A stretch of 64,000 nt of DNA, from contig OZ241833.1 of assembly GCA_965202585.1 (NCBI GenBank), forward strand, positions 3,658,001 to 3,722,000, read 5' to 3'. A model generated the notes under the pieces. It made no database searches. It had not been told where the DNA came from and saw only the letters and a program-made list of their open reading frames with translations. The translations under genes and the position numbers were made by a program. The stretch is from Thalia democratica (taxonomy: Eukaryota). Positions 51,731-64,000 of this stretch are shown in pieces (position 1 is the first letter of the stretch; the number at the start of each line of letters is the position of its first letter).

Positions 51731-52789
51731 TCTGAGGGGAGCACGGTTCAAGTAAAAAATTCGAAGGAAGGAAAGTTATAAATTTATGAAGACAAATCTA
51801 AAAGTCTTGACTATTGATTTATTTATGTAGGTAATTTCAGACAAGATACATGAATTATAATATTAACAAGTAAATTTATGGTTAAGAAACTATGTAATTA
51901 TTATACTATCTTAAAAAAGATCTTTAAGCAGATTTAAATAATTAAGTTTGTTTCGTTAAATTAAAAGCATTTAGGAACTATATATACTAAAAAAGCTTTA
52001 TGTTAATTGTGGCAAAATATGTTTTCATATTTTAAAGCCATTAATATTTTGTAAAAACTGCCAATACCATTTGTACCATCTGCAATGATAACATTAAAAA
52101 AGTATCTTTTTTAGTGCTTTTACAAAATGACATAGTTATATTAAACTTAACTATGGATCATCTTAAGCTTTATACTAAAGGTTTAAAACAATTTTACTAT
52201 GTTGCTTTTTATTTTACAATAAATATATTTAGCTCTACCTTGAACACTGTGTATTTTTTAAGTTGATAGTTGCTGTAAATGTAAAACAAAAAAAGACAAC
52301 TCAATTATATTAATAAATGATAGCGCAGACACAAGTTGTTTCTAGAACCATTGGGTTAAAGAATGATGAAAAAATTAATAATTTGTTCAAAACAGAAAAG
52401 ACAATTGGGATAAAAGGTTTTAATAAAAATTTTCACCTTAAAAAAATTTTGGACCAGGAAGGTGCCCCATAGTTGTTGGTAATACCAGTAATACCAGAGG
52501 AAATGTGAAACCAGAGTACTGCCCATTTTGCAAAAACGAGAATTTAAAAACTGACGCAATTAGCTATCCTGGACCACATAAACGCAAGCTGCGTCAAAAC
52601 AAAAAGGACTACGCACGATGAGACACAACAAGCTGCTAGGCATGATGTCGAAAGTGCTAAATCACATAATAAAAGCCTGAATCAGCAAAGAGTGGATGCT
52701 GAAAAGATACGTCAGAGAGTCTAACATTAAAGGGAAAGGAGGCAAGGTGGAACTCAAGCCCGACATAGCCAGCAATCAAAGATATTCAT

Positions 52790-54780
52790 CAGCGTATGTA
52801 GCGTGGCTAAGAATAGATTCATAGAAATGAAGAGGGTACAAGAATCGCTGAAAAACTTCAAGCTGCACCTACATCCAATGGAAGCGGCTGAAGGAAAAGG
52901 CCGTGGTTCCCGACCTTCTCAATCGGGAAATGGTTCGTGCGGTCGACGTACACACTTGGAAAGCTGGTTCAACTAGTTCCTAGACCGCGGGCTACTGCCA
53001 AAGATGCTGCGGCGGTTCAGACTAACGCTCATTCCAAAGGTTGACGAGCCTAAGTCTACCGGAGACTACAGACCCATCAGCGTCGGATCAATGGCGAGGA
53101 AGTTGTTCAGCATGGTGCTGAACGCCAGACTGAGTAGGATCAGTCACGAGTTGGAGCAGCGCGGTTTCACCGCCAGCGTCGAAGGTTGCCCGATCAACCT
53201 CGCAGTAGTACGGGAGGATTCGTATGCGTTTCTGGACGTCGCCAAGGCGTTTGACTCTGTCAGCCACGTGAAGATAATCGAAACGTTGGCGCGCAGGGGA
53301 ATGCACAAGCACATGTTGGTGGCAGTGGCCAATCTGTACCAGGGCAATCAGATTGCTCGCATGGAAGGCCGATGGAAGTGAGGAGAGGCGTTGTGCAGGG
53401 AGACCCGCTATCCCCTACAATTTTCAAACTTGTGTTGGATGAGATCCTGCGAGACGCTCTCGGGGATGCGGACAGGGTGATGATCACGGGTGTGAGACAC
53501 CGGGACGCGCTGAGCCACACCGCTTACGCGGATGACATAGCGTTGTTTGCGGGCTCTGGCCAGGGGCTGCCGACAAAAATAGATCGTCTGACGGCCAGAA
53601 TGCTAGCGTACGGCTTGAAGCTCAAGCCGTCGAAATGTGCAGCCGCACACCTGAGAAGACACCCGGAGAACGGCCTCTGGTATGTCGCCAGCAAGCCGAA
53701 AATTATGATCTACGGCGGGCGCGTCGCCAACTTGAGTGCAGATGAGCACTACCGCTACCTGGGCATCGAGTTGCACCCGGAAGGGAGCACTCGAGTGACC
53801 CTCGATATAGACCGCCTTTTGGCAAGGTCGGGGAAGAATAAACCAATTACTGTGATGTCCGGGTGCGGGAGTGCGTCCGTAGGCTCTGCGATCTAGATCG
53901 GTCCGTTCCGGACGCTTACATCCATGCCAACGCCAGAGATGGCGGCACGGAAATACCGCGTCTGGTCGAAACCACCAACCGAAGCGGGTCCCGCCGCAGG
54001 TCGCGGTTCGAACGAATATTCGACAACCCTCAGGCGCAGGCCAAGGGCAGGTGGATAAGGCCAGGACAGAGAGTTCCCGAGCATTCGGAGAGACGAAGCC
54101 TCTGGGCCACGGAGGCCGGGGGAACCTGCGGAACCACACGGCCGGGAGCGGCTACCGCAGCCCATGGATTCGTACCTTGCCTTCCGGTGTGGAGGAAAGT
54201 ACGTTCGTCGACATGGTGATGGAGACGTCAGACCCGAACCGTCGGGAGGAGACTGCCGACACTGCCCGGGCTTGGTGATGTCGATCAGGCACGTACTCAA
54301 CGAGTGTCACACAGGACATGGTCGCGAAAAGACACGAGGCGGTGGTGGAGAATCTTTGGGACTGTTACGATCGTATCAAGAGGATGTACCGGCGGGGAGC
54401 GTCAGGTGAGTACGGAGCAGACTTCACACTGTTCGACCCACAGGGGTTCGGACTGGCCGTGAGCGTCGCAATTGTGGATTCGGGAATGAACCTTTGTGAA
54501 GTTAGAGACCGCCTCTACGGAGAAGAGGAGTTGGTGTACGCGCACGCGAACGGCGCCGATGAAGCTTTTTTCCTGGTCATGGATGATCGAGGAGTATGGG
54601 CGAAAGACAGCCGGTCCGACTTGAAGAAGATCGGCTTGGATAAGTCAGTTCTCGAGCTATTGTCAGTAGAGGTCTTGGCATGGACCGCCAAGATAGTTGC
54701 GTATTTTAATCGCAACCCGCGAACCCACAGGATGCCGACGGGTAGGTGGACGCTAACGTCAGTTTTGCTTCATTTTTAGA
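52790..54780 (+). mobile_element. R2-like family 2 copy (RT to RLE)
   Basis: LTLIPKVDEPKSTGDYRPI, GVVQGDPLSP, YADDIAL, KRHEAVV and RLE region; frameshifted. Confidence 0.9.
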
Positions 54781-55618
54781 AATGTATATTTAAAACGCTT
54801 TAGTGTTCATAGTGAAAAAGATATTTTTATACTTATCAATAGTAACACTATGTGAAAAGAATTACTTCAAGTTGTGCAACAGTTGTTTGCAGAAGCCGAA
54901 ATAGTAAATTAAAAAAATGTATTGTTTATTATAAAGCTGTAACCTTAGGTACTTCTTAAACATGGTGACACAGTAATAGTGGATATAACAACTATAAAAT
55001 ATTTTTTGTCCGTTAAAAGACACAGCTTAAGAGAAAATTTCCGCTTTATTTCTGCTCTACTCTATTTAGAAGCACAACTAAAATACCTAACAATATTTTT
55101 TTGCTGGAGATGATTTTGTGAATACTTGATAAATAAGGTACGTAACTATATACAAAAAATAGTATACAAAACATTTAGTAAAATAATGATTGACTGTGGA
55201 GAAGCACTAATACTATCTCGGGATCGAACTGCATCCTGAGGGGAGCACGGTTCAAGTAAAAAATTAAAGGAAAGGAAAGTTACATATTTATTTAGACAAA
55301 TCTTAAAGTCTTGATTATTGATTTATTTATGTAGGCAATTTCAGACAAGATTCATGAATTATAATATTAATAAGTAAATTTATAGTTAAGAAACTACGTA
55401 ATTATTATACTATCTTGAAAGATCTCTAAGCAGATTTAAATAACTAAGTTTGTTTCATTAAAATAAGAGCATTTTAGAACTATATATACTAAAAAAGCTT
55501 TATGTTAATTGTGGCAAAATATGTATTCATATTTTAAAGCCTTTTAAAGCATAAATTTTGAAAAAACAGCCAATACCATTTGTACTATCTGCAATGATAG
55601 TATTAAAAAAAGTACCTT

Positions 55619-55965
55619 TGTAACAGGATATCAAGTTGCACTTGATTACTGTTTAAATTTGGTTGGAAGTTTTGAGCTAAAAGTTCATTCAAGCGTTAAG
55701 AGAAAGCTGGCAAGGTCAAGTTTTATACTGATGCAAGTTTAATACAGTTGACAAAAGGAGAAAATAAAGTGCAGACCAGAAACCCTGATGCAACATTGAG
55801 TTATGGAATGTTATATATAAGCTGATACAACAGACAAATGGGGAGATTCTAGCCACAGCCTGCTGCAGTAAACGTGATAATGAAGAATAGACATTTATAT
55901 TGTTTTCTTGTGTTATATAAAGTGTTTTATGATTAGTATTATTTTTATAAGTATTTCTTAGTTAC
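55619..55965 (+). mobile_element. Truncated LTR left arm, cassette copy 2, preceded by target CCTT
   Basis: AGTACCTT-TGTAACAGG; near-identical to 36756-37102. Confidence 0.85.
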
Positions 55966-55987
55966 TCCATATTACTCCATTTATATA

Positions 55988-56731
55988 TTCAATATTAGCC
56001 CATCCGAGCCTTTCCAGAGATTACCGGACTACGTGACCTCACGCATTAGATCCGTATCTTTCCGCAGCGGCCCTGCAGAAAGTGAAAGAACCACGTTGCT
56101 TAGTCAAGCTCGAGCTATCTGTTCTTTCTCACAGGGTGTCTCAAGAAGCCTCACGGTCTACGAGGGGGAGTGCCCTCCTATTTACTTCCCATCTCAGATA
56201 TCTATCACAGCAGGAGTGGTTCTGTTCGCCAATGGCAACTTACAACCAGACCTGGTGCCCTATTTGCTGGGATACTTATATTATAGGTGATGTGACTGTT
56301 ATTATAGGTGAAGTGAGCGAGGAATCTGAGCTTTCCCCCATCATTTCCAAAGCCCTGGGGAATTGGATGTCCCTGCTCCCCGATGACATGGGAGTTCCCC
56401 TACTGAAACGTCATCCTGAGATCAAAGAACAAGTAAAGGAAAAGTTTGAAGAAGCTCCCGAAGTCAGCTCCAATAGTGCGAGTTGGTGGGGGAAAGAAGC
56501 TCTTAAAGACATCGTTGAGTTTCTGATTTCCAACATAATCCTCCGAGATTCCATGATGGAAAGTAAGGTTTCGGCTCTTGATGATAGATTGGAGAAACTG
56601 GACATATCCGACAACATCAAGAAATTGGGCTCTAAGAGACCTAGGATTCAGCAGGAAGAGTTTGTGGCCCATTTCTTGATAGGATTAGTTTCAAAATCCC
56701 TTGGGGGGTTCACTGGAAAGTTGGCTTATTC
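55988..56731 (+). pseudogene. Second, 3'-truncated copy of the nucleoprotein-like insert
   Basis: Near-identical to 37116-37836. It carries a +22-nt difference near 56268-56300 but is intact at the copy-1 frameshift. Confidence 0.6.
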
Positions 56732-56733
56732 TT

Positions 56734-56802
56734 ATTATTTAGTATAAGTTAAGTTTAGTATTAAAGGTACCTACATCTGTAGGTTACAATTGGCGTCCTC
56801 GG
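56734..56802 (+). mobile_element. Inverted fragment of LTR 3' end plus PBS
   Basis: ...TGTAGGTTACA-AT-TGGCGTCCTCGG is the reverse complement of 38370-38438. Confidence 0.85.
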
Positions 56803-57121
56803 TTAAAGAATAACTAGTCTTTTAAATAACAGTTAAATATTACCAAGACACTATTTTACCCAAATAAGTTTTATTAGTGTATTACCTTTTATTTTGAAAG
56901 CAGTATTTATCACAATTTTATCTCACATTCCTATATTTTTGTTTTTTTTTATATACTGCATTTTATCTAGTAGTAGATTTAGAGAAATTTTACAACAAAT
57001 TGTGCATTTAATTTTTAAGAAGCAATACTCACATTTACTATATGCCCATTTAAAAGCCTTTGAGTTTGTACCTATAACCAGAATGAATAGGGGGTTAGGA
57101 AAACTAATAAGTCAAAATTGA

Positions 57122-57290
57122 ACTGACTAAATTATTGTCCAAAAAGTCAAAGTAGTTGTGATAAATATATGAACAAAAAGTCAAAACTGCACTGACAAAA
57201 TTATTGTCCAAAAAGTCAAAGTAGTTGTGACAAAATTATTAACAAAAAGTCAAAGTTGATATGACAAATTTCAGTAAAAAAGTCAAAATA
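57122..57290 (+). repeat. Degenerate ~33-bp tandem repeat (AAAAAGTCAAA core, 5 units)
   Basis: The core motif recurs at ~33-bp spacing with alternating unit variants. Confidence 0.75.
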
Positions 57291-57949
57291 AAAAAAACTA
57301 ACAAGGTATAAGTTTAAATAAGTCTTAAAAGTGGTGACTAATTTTATTTGAAAGTGAGTGATATTAGATTTATCTAAGGCTCTTAAATCTTAATAGCACA
57401 ATAAAAAAAGAAAATATTTATTAATAACTAAGACAGCAAAGACCAGTAACATGCTGAAAATTTTTGGAGTTTGTATTATAGGGGATTATTATATTAATGA
57501 TAGTGCAGACACAAGCTGCATCTAGAACCATTGGGTTAAAGAATGATAAAAAATATGAATGGTCTGTTCAAAACAGAAAAGACAATTGGGATAAATGGAT
57601 TCAATAACAATTTTTACCTTAAAAAACAAATTGGATTAGGAAGGTGCCCCTTAGTTGTTGGTAATACCAGAGGAAATGTGAAACCAGAGTAGTGTCCATT
57701 TTGCAAAAATGGGAAAAAAAATCGACGCAATTAGCCATTCTGGACCACATAAACGCAAGCTGCGTCAAAACAAAAAGGACTACGCACGATGAGACACAAC
57801 AAGCTGCTAGACATGATGTCGATCACATGACAAAAGCCTGAATCAGCAAAGAGTGGATGCTGAAAAGATACGTCAGAGAGCCTAATATTAAAGGGGAAGG
57901 AGGCAAGGTGGAACTCAAGCCCGACATACCCAGCAATCAAAGATATTTA

Positions 57950-59985
57950 TCAGCGTATGTAGCATGGCTAATGAATAGATTCATAGAAATGAAGAGGGTA
58001 CCAGAATCGCTGAAAAACTACAAGCTGAACCTACATCCAATGGAAGCGGCTGAAGGAAAAGGCCGTGGGTTCCCGACGGTCACAATCGGGAAATGGTTCG
58101 TGCGGTCGACGTACACACTTGGAAAAGCTGGTTCAACCAGTTCCTAGACCGCGGGCTACTGCCAAAGATGCTGCGGCGGTTCAGGTTGACGCTTATCCCT
58201 AAAGTCGACGAGCCCAAGTCTCCCGGAGACTACAGGCCCATCAGCGTCGGATCAATGGCGAGGAAGTTTTCAGCATGGTGCTGAACGCCAGACTGAGTAG
58301 GATCAGTCACGAATTGGAGCAGCGCGGTTTCCCGCCTGCGTCGAAGGTTGCCCGATCAACCTCGCAGTAGTACGGGAGAATTCGTATGCGTTTCTGGACG
58401 TCGCCAAGGCGTTTGACTCTGTCAGCCACGTGAAGATAATCGAAACGTTGGCGCGCAGGGGAATGCCCAAGCACATGTTGGTGGCATAAGGCCAATCTGT
58501 ACCAGGGCAATCAGATCGCTCGCATGGAAGGCCGATGGAAGTGAGGAGAGGCGTTGTGCAGGGAGACCCGCTATCCCCTACAATTTTCAAACTTGTGTTG
58601 GATGAGATCCTCCGAGACGCTCTCGGAGGCACCGACAGGGTGATGCTCACGGGTGTGAGACACCGGGACGCGCCGAGCCTACGCGGATGACATAGCGTTG
58701 TTCGCGGGCCAGGGGCTGCAGACAAAAATAGATCGTCTGACGGCCAGAATGCTAGCGTACGGCTTGAAGCTCAAGCCGTCGAAATGTGCAGCCGCACACA
58801 TGAGAAGACACCCGGAGAACGGCCTCTGGTATGTCGCCAGCAGGCCGAAAATTATGATCTACGGCGAGCGCGTCGCAAATCTGACTGCAGAATAGCACTA
58901 CCGCTACCTGGGCATAGAGTTGCACCCGGAAGGGAGCACTCGAGTGACCCTCGACATATACCGCCTTTTGGGCAGAACAGAGGCGTGCAAGCTTACCGTG
59001 CAGCAGAAACTGCACATCGTCAGAAACAACAAGCTGGCAAAAGCGCGTTACGTCACCGACTTTGGCAATGTCGGGGACGAGTAAACCAATTTCTGTGATG
59101 TCCGGGTGCGGGAGTGCGTCCGTAGGCTCTGCGATCCAAATCGGTCCGTTCCGGACGCTTACATCCATGCCAACGCCAGAGATGGCGGCATGGAAATACC
59201 GCGTCTGGTCGAGACCACCAACCGAAGCAGGTCCCGCCGCAGGTCGCGGTTCGAACGAATGTTCGACGACCCTCAGGCGCGGGCCACGGACAGGTGGATA
59301 AGGCCAGGACAGCGAGTTCCTGAGCATTCGGAGAGACGAAGCCTCTGGGCCACGGAGGGTGGAGCGAACCTGCGGAACCACACGGCGGGGAGAGGCTACC
59401 GCAGCCTATGGATTCGTACCTTGCCTTCCCGTGTGGAGGAGAGTACGTTCGTTGACATGGTGAGAGCGCGATTTGGAGACGTCAGACCCGAACCGTCGGG
59501 AGGAGACTGCCAACACTGCTAGGGCTTGGTGACGTCGGTGAGGCACGTTCTCAACGAGTGTCACACCACCCAGGACATGGTCGCGAAAAGACACGAGACG
59601 GTGGTGGAGAAGCTTTGAGACTGTTACGATCGTATCGAGAGAATGTACCGGCGGGGAGCTTCAGGTGAGTACGGAGAAGACTTCATACTGTTCGACCCAC
59701 AGGGGTTCGGACTGGCCGTGAGCGTCGCAATTGTGGATTCGGGAATGAACCTTTGTGAAGTTAGAGACCGCCTCTACGGAGAAGAGGAGTTGGTGTACGC
59801 GCACGCGAACGGCGCCGATGAAGCTTTCTTCCTGGTCATGGATGATCGAGGAGCATGGGCGAAAGACAGCCGGTCCGACTTGAAGAAGATCGGCTTGGAG
59901 AAGAAAAAGGCTTTGGGGTAGCTACGACCGAATAGAGAGAATGTATTGGAGAGGTTGAGCCGATTCGGGGCCTGGAACAGCGATG
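57950..59985 (+). mobile_element. R2-like family 2 copy (RT to RLE)
   Basis: Same motifs as the other copies; frameshifted. Confidence 0.9.
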
Positions 59986-61099
59986 TCTGTGTTAGAAGAC
60001 AAAGAGAAGAGAGAAAAATGGAGTTTTTTCGAACTATATATTAAAGAACAGCTTTTAGTTTCAGTGTGAAAAAAATTATTTTAATATCTAAGAAAAACCA
60101 ATATTATGTATAAGAACCATTACTAGTTGTGCAAGATTAACAATGAAATGGTAAAATTTTAATAAATATGGTTTATTTCAAATGTATAATAGTTTTATTT
60201 ATTATTAAATTTCATAAAAAGTTACCAAAAGTTATTGTTTGTTATTACAAATATTATTATTTTAAAAAACCTGAGATACAGATGAAATAGCTCGGCTACT
60301 CAATATATATGACAATATCAGCTATTTAGCTAGAAAAATGTGGCAGAATTGTGCAACAGAAAATCATGAAAGTTAGATAAAATTATGCAATATGTATTAT
60401 GTTTGTAAACGTAACTATTGACATTTAGTTTTAGTAGTATATGAGTAAAAAATATTTTAGTTTGCTAAAAGTTATTTAAATATTTTCAAAGGAGAACATT
60501 CTCGATTTACTAGTAATAAGCAAGTAAGAAAGGCGAATCAAGAATCACAATTGAAAGAGGAAAAGACCTGAAGGACTACCTTGAAAAATGTTAATAGTGG
60601 AAAATTAACTTTGTATGAAATACTATGAGGGCGTTTTCTTGAATAAGGGTGCATTTGTGCATATAAGGAGGAATCTCTCATACGCTTACTTTGACTTGAA
60701 AAAGGCGTTCGATTCCATAAGGCATTCCGAATTGTTCTAGGCTATGGCTTTAACGGTGTGCCTAGGCGGTTGGTAGCGTTGTTGGCCGACATGTACAGTG
60801 GTAAAACTCTTAGGTGTTGCAAACAGGTACTGCGCTTAGTATAGGGCATGTTGCAAGGCTTCTTTCGCCTTTACTTTCCAACTTGGCGTTGGACGAGGCT
60901 CTCAGGAGCATATGTCGGTTTTGTTAGCAAAGGACGGTCCAAAGGTGGGTTTCGTTTATTTGGCTTACGTCGACGATCTTGTTGTTTTCGCCAATTGTCC
61001 GGGCCAGCTGAAAATCATTATGTTGGTTATGAACGCCAACTGTTTGTGAGCAAGGAATACGTGGTAGTGGAGAACAGTTCCGGATTTCAATATGTTGTA

Positions 61100-63550
61100 G
61101 GATCATGTTTTATTAATAGATTAGCATCAAACAATGTACAATTTTCTAAAGAGCAAGCGTATAAAACATATTTCCTGAAAAAAAAATTTTCGCAAAGTTT
61201 GTTCTGCCGCAAGAAACTGCATAAGAATATAATGCTACAAGGTCTCAAGATTGCGATTATAATATAAAGATATTAAATGATGCTCTAGAAAAGAACTTCA
61301 CAAAACTTCAATTAAATGAACCAAAGGTTAGGGTAATAATCAATAAAAATTAAGAAGAAATGAATGAAATTGTAATGAGTGTGTGTGAAAACAACATCAT
61401 TGATGAAAATATGCTATATAAAACCAATAACAAGAACAAAATTTGGTAATTTTAGAAAAGCCACAGGCAGTAAAGCAAAGTTCTTTTTAAACGTGAACTG
61501 CGGCTATATTTATCCGCTCTGGAAAACACATAAGCTGTCACCAGAGCAGCTGAAAGAATGTGTTATCAATCATATTCCTGTCAGAATAGTCCAGGCATCT
61601 GGAAATACCTACTTTAGCAGAATAACTGCTTTGTTTAATTTACTTTTAGTTCCTGTTGAGATGTAGATTGTAGAAAATACTGCCAATTTAGACTTAATGA
61701 ATATTGTAAAGATTCTAAAAGCTACTTGGAAGATTTAAAGCCGGGAAATTATCAAAAAAGATACAAACTGCATAGTGAACACTGTTGACGTTGTTAATTT
61801 GTATCCATCACTTGAAGTGAGCCTTATTGAAAATGCTTTAGAAGAAGCCTTAACACTGGGCACTAATTACAATAATAGTATGATCAAATGTATTATCAAA
61901 CTATGTAAGATGGCGATACACAATAACTTCATACAATTCAGAGAATGCTACTTCAAACAAAAGTAAGGTATAATTAATATTTCAGTTGCAATTGCTAATA
62001 TCACATTGATTTCACCATGTTAAAAGTAAAGAATACAAATAAAGTATTTCTAATTAAAAGATTCATTGATGACATTGTATTTATATCAGAAAATAAAGAA
62101 ATTGCCAATGAGATAATTAAAAATTTAAATGACACATTTGAAAAACATTTTCTTAAAATAACATCAAGTATAATGTCTGAAGATAATACAACAATTCCTT
62201 TCTTAGACGTAGAACATACTCTCAATAATGATAGTGAAATCAAATCTTTTAAGACAAAAAGCTTTACATAGGAGACTGCAAAAAACGTAACTTTTTTAAA
62301 TGATGGATCATACCATCCACAAAATGTCTTTAAAGGAATCATAACCGGAGAAATCAAACGCCTCAAAAGATTAAATGAAGACGAAAAAGATTTTAAGGAA
62401 AGTTTACTGAAACTAGAAAATAAATGCATAAGATCCTGTTTTAATCTCAAAACAGTCAAAAGCCAGTTTGAAAAAGTTAGTGAACTTAACTCCAGTGAGA
62501 GTTCAAATAAACTAAAAAAAACGAAAAAAAACTAATAAGTCTAAGAATATATACTGGTCATCTCAATTTAAAACTTTCTTAAGATTCACGAAAGAAGAAA
62601 AGAAACTATTCCCACTTGCAAAAACATCTTTCACAAAACCAAGTAGTTTAGGTCAATTGCTGAATACATTTAGTTGTATAGCTAAAAAGGGAAGCAACGT
62701 ACCTAATAATAAGAGCAAAAAATGCAAAAATTGTGCATTATGCTGAAAATACAGTAATTATAAACACATTATAAATGAGAATAGCTACATAAAAACAGTT
62801 GAAAACAGAATAAAAAAGATAAAACCAAAACTAAACTGTAAAAGTTAAGGAATATATTCTGCTTAGTGTACAATATGCAAGGAAATCTATGTTGGTCAGA
62901 CTAAAAACAGTTTTCAAGTAAAATGGAATGCTCATAGAAACAACTGGAAAAAATTTTTAAAGAAATTTTATTTTGGTTGGTCAAGGAGACGAATCCGCAT
63001 TATTTAAACACTACTTTGAGAATCATCATAATGATATTGAAAATATAGGATTGGACAGTGCCTACAAGATAATGTTTTTAGAACAACATGAATTTAAAAA
63101 TCTAGACTACAAAGAAACTTTATCGATAAAGAGTTCGAATGCAAAAATTAACTTAAATAAAACAATTTATGAAGATTTAATATTTTAGAACTTGGTATTT
63201 TAGGATTTTTAAGAAAAGCGCATTTTTGTACCTTGTGTTTTGGCTTGTTTACTTGTATGCATTTATGAGGTGTTAGTTATTAGAATCTTAGTTTTAAAAA
63301 TTTTGTAATATAATTAATTGTTTGATAATATTAAATGTTTATAAATTTATATAGCCTAAAAGTTTAAGTTATAACTTTTATTTAATTTTGTTTACTTTAC
63401 AAATTAGTTACTATTAATTGTGTTTTTATAATTTCAGCCGTTTATTGCTTGATAACGTTTGAATAAACGAAAGTACTAGTGAATTCAAAGCGTGTTATTT
63501 GTTCATTTTTAAGACAGTAGAAGCAATATTGTATTTTTTACAATAATTTT
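61100..63550 (+). mobile_element. Penelope-like element (RT + GIY-YIG endonuclease), inactivated
   Basis: IYPLWKTHK, TVDVVNLYPS, RFIDDI, IPFLDV, SYHPQNVFKGII, GIY...C..C...YVGQT...HR, ESALFKH; several stops. The start is approximate. Confidence 0.85.
63445..63483 (+). ncRNA. Minimal type I hammerhead-ribozyme-like motif
   Basis: TTGC-TTGATAA-C-GTTT(GAAT)AAAC-GAAA-GTAC-TA-GTGA: U3-A8 variant core, stem II and palindromic stem III. Confidence 0.5.
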
Positions 63551-64000
63551 GTTATACAAGATATCAAGTGACAAATGAAAAATGTTGGAAACTAAGCAGT
63601 TAATTTTTTTTGAGAAAAATATTTGTTTTGTGTGCCTTGGCGGTTTCAAAGAAATTCTATGCAAAGATTTGCATCTTATTGTATTTTCTGGAATTGTAAA
63701 TATCCAAATCAATTTATTTGCAGTTACAACGGATGTTCAGCAAGCTGAAAAGATAAAACAGAGAGAATGAAAAACAAGAACCAAAACATTTAAGCAAATT
63801 TATAAGGTTATTGTATTTAGAAGAAAAGCATTTGAAACAATTGGAAGTCATTAGTTATCCTGGAGATCCTAAATTGAACTTCAAAATTCAAAGAGCTGTA
63901 AAAAATTGAACCTTGGTGTCCTTGTTGAAAAGATACAACATCAAAGTTCATCTGTGGGTAGACACAATTGCCATAAGTGAACGTTTGCATACAGATTTTT

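Larger units (their letters stand above)
29920..61450 (+). repeat. Higher-order tandem array of chimeric retroelement fragments with two alternating AT-rich spacers
   Basis: Spacer A starts recur near 32230, 41095, 45410, 49065 and 59985. Spacer B starts recur near 33130, 42960, 47060, 50965 and 54775. The copies share the same internal junctions. Confidence 0.9.

Noticed and set aside
30156-59594. Numerous minus-strand and alternative-frame ORFs in the ORF track
   Set aside because: They are shadows of GC-rich R2-like coding sequence, with no independent motifs.
32230-61450. CRISPR-like repeat-spacer organisation
   Set aside because: Units are kilobase-scale, the spacers are themselves repeated, the context is eukaryotic and there are no cas genes.

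Overview
AT-rich eukaryotic (metazoan-like) genomic DNA with GT-AG introns. There is no rRNA, CRISPR array or convincing intact tRNA. (i) 1-14.6 kb: a tandem segmental duplication carrying the last three exons of a beta-glucuronidase (GH2, GUSB-like) gene, each copy with a different lesion. Between the copies lie tRNA-derived relics and one CTCF-consensus site. (ii) 14.6-29.9 kb: an orphan 167-aa ORF and decayed mobile elements (MITE, non-LTR RT relic, Penelope end with hammerhead-like motif, Ty3/gypsy RNase H, RAG1/Transib-like transposase, R2-like RT-RLE element). (iii) 29.9-61.4 kb: a ~31-kb higher-order tandem array built from co-oriented fragments of several R2-like retroelements and a Penelope N-terminus. 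(iv) 61-63.6 kb: a decayed Penelope-like element (RT + GIY-YIG). The most notable object sits inside the array twice (36.76-39.0 kb; 55.62-56.80 kb): a compositionally foreign, virus-nucleoprotein-like gene. It is circularly permuted, is fused exactly at a tRNA-Asn-type primer-binding site of a 618-bp LTR, is enclosed by inverted LTR arms, and its outer junctions define a 4-bp target duplication. This reads as a fossil of an LTR retrotransposon reverse-transcribing and integrating a probably circular ~1.24-kb foreign RNA. The viral identity and the mechanism are inferences that need database and experimental checks.
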